NCBI GenBank assembly: GCA_051294375.1 | Contig: CM119263.1 | Span: 7,332,494 to 7,396,493, forward strand | Length of the DNA: 64,000 nucleotides | Source: Paraspadella gotoi | Taxonomy: Eukaryota; Animalia; Chaetognatha | Direction: 5' to 3' | Shown: positions 37,647 to 47,217 of the stretch, piece by piece | How positions within the stretch are numbered: position 1 is the first letter of the stretch | Layout of the letters: the number at the start of each line of letters is the position of its first letter | Made by a program: the position numbers and the translations under genes | The notes under the pieces: model-generated | Databases searched by the model: none | Seen by the model: only the letters and a program-made list of their open reading frames with translations | What the model was told of the DNA's origin: nothing

Positions 37647-39546
37647 TCTCTCTTCTTGTTTCTCTTCTTCACGCCGGCATCCAAGGATCGAAGGTGGTTG
37701 ATGCTATGATGCCGAAGCTTGGCCTTTTCTCTCCAAGAAATTGATAAAGCAGAGAACGAGGGCGCGGGATCATGGATGCGTTGGTGCAAAAGGTCAGAAG
37801 GATTTGAGTTATCTTAACAGGAGTTTTGGGGTAAGATCGAAAAGTCTGTGAAAGAAGAGGTTTGCTGCTTGAAGATAGGAAAAGAATGGCAGATAGAATA
37901 AGTAGATAAATGTATAAAAATACTATGTATGATACGTATAGGAAAATATTAAATAAAAACTCGACTCGACTGATTAAAAAAAATGGGAAAAAGTCCTTTC
38001 TCTTCTAAATGAAAAAAAACAACTTTTTTCTGAAACTTTTCTACCGGGTTATTTGATAAACAAAAATCGCGCTCTCCCGCAAAATGTTATCTAACAGCAA
38101 AAATCGAAAGAGAGAAAAAAAAAAGTATTTTTAAATTCCTCGTAATCGAGAAAAAGAAACTGAGATCTTCAAGATGTTTCCTTCGAATCTTCTTTTTTTG
38201 TTGATATTCAGTGGAGAAGACTTTTGGATAACAAACCCGAGGATGCCTTCATTTCAATGGGGGTTGGGGGAGGGGGAGAATAGGAGATGATTTCGATTCA
38301 GGTGGTTTTTTTTGGGGGGGGGGTTGAGTCGAGATGGCGGAAAGAGAGGGAGTGAAATAGGGACTGAGTTGCGTTAGATGGAAACGATTAGTGACAGAAT
38401 TTTGTGGTTTTGTTCTCAATTTGTTACGAGATGTACGAAGATCATTACAACATATTTAACAGATCATGCCAGAGTATTTTCTTTATCCTACAAGCTGAAA
38501 CGGAAAATATAAATCGAGAAAAGTCGAAATAAAATGAAATTTAAAGTTTGATACTTGGCAGCCTTATCAATCGATGATGGACGAAAGGAAAAAGAAAGAA
38601 AGAAACTGAAAAAAAAAGAAGCTCAACATCAATGATTGAGAAAAAAAAATTGAACTGTTGGTTGATTCTGGCCGGCGGATAATGGTGAATAAAAGATGGT
38701 AACGTGAATGATAATGGTAACGTGAATCCCAGAGGGTGGAAGGGATGAGGAGGAGGAGGAAGGAGTGAGGAGAAAGGAGCTGGTTTTCATCGGCGATCCT
38801 TTCCACCAAAGATGCTGGAGGGCGAGGAGGGGATCGAACATCTCGAGGAGTCTGGAGTCGATGGTGGAAGTAGTTGGAAGATAATCTTCTGTTCGCGCAC
38901 AACGCGTTGAGGTTGCTCTCTCTCTCTCTCTCTCTCTCCTCTCTCTCTCCTCTCTCTCACTATGAGCCCGAGCTCGAACGATCGCGCCTTCAGTGTGGAA
39001 CAAAAATAGCGCTTTCAGCCTCTGACTGAATTAAAAGAAAATTCTTAATTTGCCGGTAAAAGAGAAGAAAAAAGTGAGAAAAAGAAAAACTGAAGATTAA
39101 ATTAGATATGATTTTGGTTTAGAAAAAAAAGATAGAGTTTAAGCGATGAAAAAGTATGTGATCTTAAATCGTGACATTTTATATAGTTTACAATGTAATA
39201 ATTTAAAAATGAAAATACACAGTACAGACGAAAGAGACAGAGAAAGACAGATAGCCAGACAGAGAAAATGACGCACAGTCGGGCACATTGTCAGACAGCC
39301 GGCCCGCAAGGAAGCAAGAATAAAACTACCCACCGATTGTCTCGATAGCTCAAGAACCCTTTATTTTACAATATTCTGAAGAATCATCTTTACAAATATA
39401 CAAATATGTGGGATAATCGTAATTGACCTCACCTCCTTGAGGTTCATCTGAAGCGCCTTCATCCTCTCCTCAGCCTGTTCCGCTCGGTCCACCGACTCTT
39501 CCTTCTCCTTCTTCATCTGCTGCATCTTCTTGCGGATCGCCTCCAT
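22146..39546 (-). CDS. TPM: Tropomyosin, long (284-aa) isoform path; multi-isoform gene
   Basis: Exons 1a,2,3,4,5,6,7,8,9 = 114+126+134+118+71+76+63+70+83 = 855 nt = 284 aa + stop, the canonical tropomyosin exon sizes and phases. Signature sequences: [51 protein letters not shown], ..FNELSGY*. Confidence 0.97.
24641..24723 (-). CDS. TPM: Tropomyosin alternative terminal exon 9a (probably non-muscle type)
   Basis: 83 nt, (R/G)[26 protein letters not shown]; tag acceptor with an upstream TGACTAAC branch-point motif. Confidence 0.9.
24905..24974 (-). CDS. TPM: Tropomyosin alternative exon 8b
   Basis: 70 nt, [23 protein letters not shown]; cag/gtaagt boundaries. Confidence 0.92.
25536..25605 (-). 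CDS. TPM: Tropomyosin alternative exon 8a
   Basis: 70 nt, [23 protein letters not shown]; cag/gtatcg boundaries. Confidence 0.93.
25973..26035 (-). CDS. TPM: Tropomyosin alternative exon 7b
   Basis: 63 nt, [21 protein letters not shown]; cag/gtgagt boundaries. Confidence 0.93.
26085..26147 (-). CDS. TPM: Tropomyosin alternative exon 7a
   Basis: 63 nt, [21 protein letters not shown]; tag/gtaagt boundaries. Confidence 0.92.
26372..26447 (-). CDS. TPM: Tropomyosin exon 6
   Basis: 76 nt, [25 protein letters not shown]; cag/gtgaga boundaries. Confidence 0.96.
26555..26625 (-). CDS. TPM: Tropomyosin alternative exon 5b
   Basis: 71 nt, [23 protein letters not shown](R); aag/gtgagt boundaries. 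Confidence 0.92.
26672..26755. repeat. (GA)n microsatellite
   Basis: Directly visible; reads (UC)n in the pre-mRNA about 45 nt upstream of exon 5b. Other GA/TC tracts occur at ~398-457, 4669-4708, 15341-15389, 34568-34607, 47186-47246, 52054-52104, 53651-53740 and 56488-56592. Confidence 0.95.
27511..27581 (-). CDS. TPM: Tropomyosin alternative exon 5a
   Basis: 71 nt, [23 protein letters not shown](A); cag/gtgagt boundaries. Confidence 0.93.
28349..28481 (-). CDS. Candidate non-coiled-coil alternative exon in exon-4 phase
   Basis: 133 nt between acceptor ttcttccgcag and donor gtacagt. Open frame with phase-2 start and phase-0 end: [44 protein letters not shown]. No homology recognised. Confidence 0.4.
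28791..28908 (-). CDS. TPM: Tropomyosin alternative exon 4e
   Basis: 118 nt, [39 protein letters not shown]; cag/gttagg boundaries. Confidence 0.93.
29365..29482 (-). CDS. TPM: Tropomyosin alternative exon 4d
   Basis: 118 nt, [39 protein letters not shown]; cag/gtatcc boundaries. Confidence 0.93.
30215..30332 (-). CDS. TPM: Tropomyosin alternative exon 4c
   Basis: 118 nt, [39 protein letters not shown]; tag/gtagag boundaries. Confidence 0.85.
30624..30741 (-). CDS. TPM: Tropomyosin alternative exon 4b
   Basis: 118 nt, [39 protein letters not shown]; tag/gtacag boundaries. Confidence 0.85.
31099..31216 (-). CDS. TPM: Tropomyosin alternative exon 4a
   Basis: 118 nt, [39 protein letters not shown]; aag/gtatgt boundaries. 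Confidence 0.88.
31420..31553 (-). CDS. TPM: Tropomyosin exon 3
   Basis: 134 nt, [45 protein letters not shown]; cag/gtacgt boundaries. Confidence 0.96.
35459..35605 (-). CDS. TPM: Tropomyosin exon 1b (first exon of the short/cytoplasmic isoform)
   Basis: 147 nt, [49 protein letters not shown]; phase-0 donor gtaaac; lies between exons 2 and 3, as expected for exon 1b. Confidence 0.9.
37242..37367 (-). CDS. TPM: Tropomyosin exon 2
   Basis: 126 nt, [42 protein letters not shown]; aag acceptor, gtcagt donor. Confidence 0.93.
37415..37645. repeat. Compound (TTC)n/(TTTC)n/(TC)n polypyrimidine microsatellite
   Basis: Directly visible, in tropomyosin intron 1 just upstream of exon 2. Confidence 0.95.
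39433..39546 (-). CDS. TPM: Tropomyosin exon 1a
   Basis: 114 nt, [38 protein letters not shown]; donor gtgagg; a splice acceptor (tttcag) lies 23 nt upstream of the ATG. Confidence 0.95.
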
Positions 39547-40817
39547 CGTGTTGGACGCCGCCTCCTTGCCTGAAAGTCAAATGATAAACCTTATTTAGGA
39601 AAATTATATATTCGATAATGTAGGAATCGAAATTAAAAATTCTGGTATTTTACATTATATATGTAGTTCCATAGGAAATGTATATGTTGTAAAAAAGATG
39701 ACTCAACTTTACTTAATCAAAAAATACCAAGTGATTTAAATTTGTATTTGTATAACGAAATGGGCCTTTATACAAAAACGCTTTAAACCATTAAAAGATA
39801 TTACTAACATCGTAGGGCAATTTGGCACGCAAATATTATACAAATGATAATCACGTGTGATAAAGTGATAATAGACAGATTTCAAATGATAAAAGCGGTA
39901 ATCATGTGACTGTATCTCGTTACATTAAACACCGCTCCCGCCCAATCTTTTTTTTTTGTCGGAGTTTTGTTTTGAAAAAGGAGAAAGTCAACACACGAAC
40001 CGTTTTCTGTTTCGCCAGTGATTTTTTATACAAACTTGTTCACTTAATCATTTTTAAGGAATCTTGCTACCAAAAGAAAATATTTTTTTGCGCAGTCGAT
40101 TTAACAGTTGACCTTAAAAACTGAATAGTATCGGTGATATTCTTATAATTTTTTTTTAAATATTCGCAATTTCGAAAAATTAATGAAATTGATCAAGTAA
40201 AATTCCCAAAAAATTTTTAACCACAATTTTACTTAAAAAATGGGACGCTCGCAATACCCACGACTCGAAAGAAAATTAGCGTTGAAAAATATATCGCTTT
40301 TATTTAGAGAGATGATTTCACATTTCGAATCTAATCGGACTTTGGAAAGTGAAAAACGACGCTTAATGGAAAATGTTTTGGTTCGAAGCCAAAGAAAAAA
40401 AGTCGCGAAAAAAAGGGAAAGACTTTAACGTGGAGCATTTTTTACGAACACATAAACTGCCTTTTTTTCTCTCTCTCTCGCTCTCTGCTGCGAGGATGTG
40501 TATTTGTTTGCATTTTTTGTAATTCTATATTTTGGTGTATATAGCCGTAAACGTCTGACAGCTTTTTTTGTTTACTTGATCGATATAAAGGTTAGATTTA
40601 CACTTTCAAGATTTGAAAGGAGCAAAAGTTGGACTGATGTTCAACAGCGGCGAGTTTTCGTAATGAACAAATTTAAATTTACTTATATCTATATAATTTT
40701 ACTTCCAAGTTTCATAAACTATCTCTCAACGCTCCGCAAAAGTTTGCCAAAAATCATGAACCCTCCCTACTACTTGCCGCCCAATCTTCAGTTCCAAGAG
40801 GCATAAAACTGACTTAC

Positions 40818-40833
40818 CCTTAGAAGTAGACAT
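40818..40833 (-). CDS. Candidate upstream tropomyosin exon '0' (coding end MSTSK-G)
   Basis: aaagATG TCT ACT TCT AAG G|gtaagt is a consensus donor. It joins in frame to the acceptor at 39570 (GC AAG GAG GCG GCG TCC AAC ACG ATG). Confidence 0.55.
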
Positions 40834-41699
40834 CTTTGATGTTTTTTAGGCGTTGGACGCACAAAAAAGAAGGAGAAAAAAAGGTTTTTTTTTAGTTTTT
40901 GATCAAAAAAAGGAAATTTTTGATCGATGTTGAACCGAGGAGCCTGGACTGCGCTACTGAAGCCTCTATCGCGTGGGGATTCTCCTCGAAAGCCTTCGGG
41001 ACGAGCTGCGGAGGCGGGGGAGGCTATGATGTGGTCGTCGTCGTCGTCGTCGATGAGGAGGCCGACGAACGCGTCGAGCGAGCGGAGGATGATGAGGACG
41101 AGCGATGAGGTTGCGCGATCGAAAACCGAAAATCGAATCGAATGTGAGATGAGAGAGAAAAGAAATTTCGGATGGAGTTTTTTGATGGTGGTTGGTGGTA
41201 GATTAAAAGTTGGTGAAGGAAGGTGGTCGAAAGAGTGGTAAGGAGTGGTGCATATAGTCAACTGGTCAGTCGAGGTTGCTGATGGATGCTAGCTTTGGTG
41301 GTTTCGAGAAATCGGGCGGGTGGTGAATTCGTAAAACGAGATTTCGGGAATGATCGAGTTTTTTAAGAAAAGGTGGTTGATCAAACTATGGACCGAAGCC
41401 GACCCTGAGGAGCGGAAAGGTTTGGAGGCGGAGATGGAAGATGCGGTTGAAGGATGAGTTGGTGAATCGATGGGGCTGAAGAAGAAGCGGGAGATTGGTC
41501 CGACTGTTTCGAGTCTGTGAAGTGGAAATGATGATGGTGATATTGGTAAATGTGATGGAGAAAACGAAGGCGTCGTCGGATTCGATCTAGTCCTTTACGA
41601 TAGTTGGACGACGTTGATGGATTCGAGTAGAAATGTGATGGAGTTAATATTGACGGTGAGATATAGAGAGAGAAAAACTTTTTAAAATTCAAATCAATT

Positions 41700-42275
41700 T
41701 GTCTTTTGGTTTTTTAATTTAAACACTTTTCCACTACTACGATTCCAACAAAAATTTATATCCAGCTTGATTCCATACTTTCCTACCCACACACGAAATT
41801 TCATTTCAGTTTATCGATCCAATTTTTAATAAATAAAATAATTATGTGTAAATGTAAGTAAAAAATCTTTAAGTAAATGTGACTTTGTTTTTTCAATTTA
41901 AACTCATTTCCACTGGGACGATTCAATCAAAACTTTATATCCATCTAAGTCACAAACTTTCCTACCAACACACAAAATTTCATTTACATCCAATCACGAG
42001 CAGTTGGAGTTTAATGCTAAGGTGAGACGGACAGACGGATGGACCGACGGATCTTAGAAATAAATAAAAAATTTTAGCCATTCCTATCTATAAATAAATA
42101 TTAAAAAAATAATATATATGTATAAAGTCATGTTATAAATTTTTTGTCTATCCTAATCTTAAAAAATATTAAAATTTTCATTTGAGCAGTGTGCTCAATT
42201 GAATTTTTGACCCAACTTACTGATAGGCCACCCCTAATTATAGAGTCGGAATCTAAATCTAAACCGACTAAAAAG
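41700..42275. mobile_element. Non-autonomous Helentron/DINE-1-like (HINE-like) repeat
   Basis: Homologous to 46370-46890. Contains a short GGAC/AGAC microsatellite (42027-42050) and the terminal motif ttatagAGTCGG-aatctaaatctaaa-CCGACT-aaaaa (hairpin followed by an A/T run). Mirrored at ~42510-43060 by the inverted duplication. Confidence 0.55.
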
Positions 42276-45200
42276 ACTTAAAGGAAAACATGAAACAATT
42301 ACAAATTAACCATTTAATATGGCCTGTTTTGAGAATGCTTGCTTTTTGATAAGTCAGTTAGCCGGCATTCAATCAATTCAGTTTACATGTTTCAACGAGA
42401 GATTGAACGTTTATCAAAATTTATCGATTAGTTGGCATACGACAACATGTAAATGAGAATATAGAAATTAAATGGTTAATTTGTAATTGTTTCATGTTTT
42501 CCTTTAAGTCTTTTTAGTCGGTTTAGATTTAGATTCCGACTCTATAATTAGGGGTGGCCTATCAGTAAGTTGGGTCAAAAATTCAATTGAGCACCTGCTC
42601 AAATGAAAATTTTAATATTTTTAAAGATTAGGATAGACAAAAAATTTATAACATGACTTTTATACATATATATTATTTTTTTAATATTTATTTATAGATA
42701 GGATGGCTAAAATTTTTTTATTTATTTCTAAGATCCGTCGGTCCATCCGTCTGTCCGTCTCACCTTAGCATTAAACTCCAACTGCTCGTGATTGGATGTA
42801 AATGAAATTTTGTGTGTTGGTAGGAAAGTTTGTGACTTAGATGGATATAAAGTTTTGATTGAATCGTCCCAGTGGAAATGAGTTTAAATGGAAAAAACAA
42901 AAAGTCACATTTACTTAAAGATTTTTACTTAATTTACACATAATTATTTTATTTATTAAAAATTGGATCGATAAACTGAAATGAATTTCGTGTGTGGGTA
43001 GGAAAGTAGGAATCAAGCTGATATTAAATTTTGGAATCGTGAGTGGAAAAGTGTTATTACAAATTGATTTTGAATTTTAAAAAGTTTTTCTCTCTCTATA
43101 TCTCACCGTCAATATTAACTCCATCACATTTCTACTCGAATCCATCAACGTCGTCCAACTATCGTAAAGGACTAGATCGAATCCGACGACGCCTTCGTTT
43201 TCTCCATCACATTTACCAATATCACCATCATCATTTCCACTTCACAGACTCGAAACAGTCGGACCAATCTCCCGCTTCTTCTTCAGCCCCATCGATTCAC
43301 CAACTCATCCTTCAACCGCATCTTCCATCTCCGCCTCCAACCTTTCCGCTCCTCAGGGTCGGCTTCGGTCCATAGTTTGATCAACCACCTTTTCTTAAAA
43401 AACTCGATCATTCCCGAAATCTCGTTTTACGAATTCACCACCCGCCCGATTTCTCGAAACCACCAAGCTAGCATCCATCAGCAACCTCGACTGACCAGTT
43501 GACTATATGCACCACTCCTTACCACTCTTTCGACCACCTTCCTTCACCAACTTTTAATCTACCACCAACCACCATCAAAAAACTCCATCCGAATTTCTTT
43601 TCTCTCTCATCTCACATTCGATTCGATTTTCGGTTTTCGATCGCGCAACCTCATCGCTCGTCCTCATCATCCTCCGCTCGCTCGACGCGTTCGTCGGCCT
43701 CCTCATCGAACGACGACGACGAGACCACATCATAGCCTCCCCCGCCTCCGCAGCTCGTCCCGAGGCTTTCGAGGAGAATCCCCACGCGATAGAGGCTTCA
43801 GTAGCGCAGTCCAGGCTCCTCGGTTCAACATCGATCAAAATTTCCTTTTTTTGATCAAAAACTAAAAAAAAAACTTTTTTTCTCCTTCTTTTTGTGCGTC
43901 CCAACGCCTAAAAAACATCAAAGATGTCTACTTCTAAGGGTAAGTCAGTTTTATGCCTTGGAACTGAAGATTGGGCGGCAAGTAGTAGGGAGGGTTCATG
44001 ATTTTTCTGCAAACTTTTGCGGGAGCGTTGAGAGATAGTTTATGAAACTTGGAAGTAAATTATATAGATATAAGTAAATTTAAATTTGTTCATTACGAAA
44101 ACTCGCCGCTGTTGAACATCAGTCCAACTTTTGCTCCTTTCAAATCTTGAAAGTGTAAATCTAACCTTTATATCGATCAAGTAAACAAAAAAAGCTGTTC
44201 AGACGTTTACGGCTATATACACAAAATATAGAATTATCAAAAAATGCAAACAAATCACATCTCGCAGCAGAGAGCGAGAGAGAGAGAAAAAAAGCAGTTT
44301 ATGTGTTCGTAAAAAATGCTCCACGTTAAAGTCTTTCCCTTTTTTTCGCGACTTTTTTTCTTTGGCTTCGAACCAAAACATTTTCCATTAAGCGTCGTTT
44401 TTCACTTTCCAAAGTCCGATTAGATTCGAATGTGAAATCATCTCTCTAAATAAAGCGATATATTTTTCAACGCTAATTTTCTTTCGAGTCGTGGGTATTG
44501 CCGAGCGTCCCATTTTTAAGTAAAATTGTGGTTAAAAATTTTTGGGAATTTTACTTGATCAATTTCATTATTTTTTCGAAATTGCGAATATTTAAAAAAA
44601 ATTTAAGAATATCACCGATACTATTCAGTTTTTAAGGTCAACTGTTAAATCGACTGCGCAAAAAATATTTTCTTTGGTAGCAAGATTCCTTAAAAATGAT
44701 TAAGTGAACAAGTTTGTATAAAAAATCACTGGCGAAACAGAAAACGGTTTCGTGTGTTGACTTTCTCCTTTTTCAAAACAAAACTCCGACAAAAAAAAAA
44801 AGATTGGGCGGAGCGGTGTTTAATGTAACGAGATACAGTCCATATGATTACCGCTTTATCATTTGAAATCTGTCTATTATCACTTTTCACACGTGATTAT
44901 CATTTGTATAATATTTGCGTGCCAAATTGCCCTACGATGTTAGTAATATCTTTAATGGTTAAAGCGTTTTTGTTAAAGGCCATTTCGTTATACAAATACA
45001 AATTTAAATCACTTGGTAATTTTTTGATTAAGAAAGTTGAGTCATCTTTTTTACACATATACATTTCCTATGGAACTACATATATAATGTAAAATACCAA
45101 ATTTTTAATTTCGTTTCCTACATTATCGAATATATATAATTTTCCTAAATAAGGTTTACATTTGAATTTCAGGCAGGAGGCGCGTCCAACACGATGGAGG

Positions 45201-46119
45201 CCGATCCGCAAGAAGATGCAGCAGATGAAGAAGGAGAAGGAAGAGTCGGTGACCGAGCGGACAGGCTGAGGAGAGGATGAAGGCGCTTCAGATGAACCAT
45301 CAAGGAGGTGAGGTCAAATTACGATTATCCCACATATTTGTATATTTGTAAAGATGATTCTTCAGAATATTGTAAAATAAAGGGTTCTTGAGCTATCGAG
45401 ACAATCGGTAGTTTTATTCTTGCTTCCTTGGCGGGCCGGCTGTCTGACATGTGCCCGACTGTGCGTCATTTTCTCTGTCTGGCTATCTGTCTTCTCTGTC
45501 TCGTTTTACGTCTGATTATTTTTAAATTATTACATTGAACTATATAAAAATGTCACGATTTAAGAATCACATACNNNNNNNNNNNNNNNNNNNNNNNNNT
45601 CATGTCCAAACTAATTGGACCAAAGGCTTGATAAGTATCGAAGTCAACCAAAATTTTAGGTGGGGCAGAAAGCTCTCTAGATAAAAAGAGAAACTTAACC
45701 TACAAAAACCGGAAACCCGTGTCTCTGCGATGTTGCTCCTTAGTTCCTTACCTAGATGACCTCCTTGCTGGGTTGAATAGCTGGGTAATAAGACCAGCTC
45801 GGCTCTCTCCCGTATAGGTCAACGTAAGGGAAACCCCCTCCAGAGATGCCGCGTTATCTCTGCGCGATTGTTTCCTTTTTCTTTTTAATTACTACGACAT
45901 ATCTTTTACCAAAAACAAGTTTGAGCAAACAATGTCAGATCTGCCCACGAACATTAGCGGTAATTAATTAATTAATACAAACTATATAAATTAAAATAAT
46001 AATTTAATTAATAAATTAATTAATTTGATCCGAAATGTTTGTTTTTAGGTCTTTTCGTCACTGACCAAGATAAGAGCAATGATGATGATGATGGCAACGA
46101 CAACAATACTGACGATAAC

Positions 46120-46315
46120 GATTGACTTGATTAATTAATTAAATAATTAATTAATTTATAAATAAATTGATTGATTGAATAATTACTTAATAGATAACTA
46201 AATAAATTGATTGATTGAATAATTAATTGATTGATTAACTGAATAATTAATTAATTATTTATTAATTAATTGAATAATTGATTAATTAACTGATTAATTA
46301 TTTGATTAATTAATA
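46120..46315. repeat. AT-rich low-complexity (TTAA/TTGA)n
   Basis: Directly visible degenerate tetramer array. Confidence 0.85.
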
Positions 46316-46369
46316 CATCTTGTATTTACATTTAATATAAAAAGAAAAAGAAGCATAATCAATTAGTGA

Positions 46370-46890
46370 AACAGGTTTTTGGTTTTTTTTCATTTAAACT
46401 CGTTTTCACTCGCACGATTCCATTGAAACTTTATATACAATTCAATCACACAATTTCCTACCCACACACAATAATTATTACAATCCAATCAATCCAATCA
46501 CGAGTAATTGAAGTTTAATGCTAAGGGGGGAACGGACGGACGGACGGACGGACGGACGGACGGACGGACGACGGGACGACGGACGGACGGACGGATGGAC
46601 GGACGGACGGATGGAAGGACGGATAGACGGACGGACGGACGGACGGACGGAAGGATGGACGGACGGACGGAAGGATGGACGGACGGACGGAAGGACGGAC
46701 GGACGGACGGACCGACCGACAGACAGACAGACAGACAGACGGACATAATTTTTTTGGCAAAATTTATCATAATTAAAGTTTCTAATATGATAAAAATGAT
46801 TTACCGACAAGATTTTGGGGTGGGACCGACGGACCGACAAAGTGAATTATAGAGTCGGAATCTGCTGATAAGCAGATCTGATTAAAAAAT
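46370..46890. mobile_element. Non-autonomous Helentron/DINE-1-like repeat with expanded (GGAC)n microsatellite
   Basis: Shares blocks tttcctacccacacac, ccaatcacgag..gtttaatgctaagg and ttatagagtcggaatct with the copy at 41.7-42.3 kb. Ends in the hairpin atctgct-gata-agcagat followed by an A run. Confidence 0.6.
46532..46745. repeat. (GGAC)n/(AGAC)n tetranucleotide microsatellite
   Basis: Directly visible; it generates the spurious RTDG/SVRP ORFs. Confidence 0.97.
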
Positions 46891-47182
46891 AAATAAAAAT
46901 AGATTTCATTTTTTCTTCCATCGAATTATTTCAGAAATTAAGATGATGATTATAAAAAAAATGAAAGTGGGATTCAATGTTATATTCCGCAATGCCCTTC
47001 AAAACTGACTTGTTTATTTGAATATATGTTTTAATAAATTTTAATGGCGCACGAGAATTAAGAAAGAATATTTGATTTTTTTTTTTAATTTGTTTTCCTT
47101 CGTCAGTCAAAAGCGACGAAGAAATCGTGAGTCCATAGAAAAAGTTCACTGAAATATTCTGTGGTGCCGCCTTCGACCCAAA

Positions 47183-47217
<35 letters not shown>

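Larger units (their letters stand above)
39154..45574. repeat. Long inverted repeat: arms 39154-42318 and 42467-45574, 148-nt spacer
   Basis: The right arm is the reverse complement of the left. For example, exon 1a reappears on + at ~45194-45307 with indels. The right arm ends at a 25-N gap. Confidence 0.95.

Noticed and set aside
37391-37789. Charged E/R/K-rich and S/L/F-rich ORFs (also at 26.5, 53.5-55.7 and 56.4-56.8 kb)
   Set aside because: Translations of GA/TTC microsatellites.
40788-41692. 100-157 aa ORFs upstream of tropomyosin (mirrored at 43.0-43.9 kb)
   Set aside because: They lack ATG starts, are low-complexity and differ in frame between the two arms; more consistent with a long 5'UTR.
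45194-45307. Plus-strand tropomyosin gene start
   Set aside because: Indel-damaged mirror of exon 1a inside the inverted duplication, with no downstream exons.
45757-45831. HDV-like, hammerhead or twister ribozyme call
   Set aside because: The required P1/P2 pairing or CUGANGA..GAAA core could not be assembled; kept only as a generic structure candidate.
46478-46852. ORFs with RTDG/SVRP repeats
   Set aside because: Translations of the (GGAC)n microsatellite.
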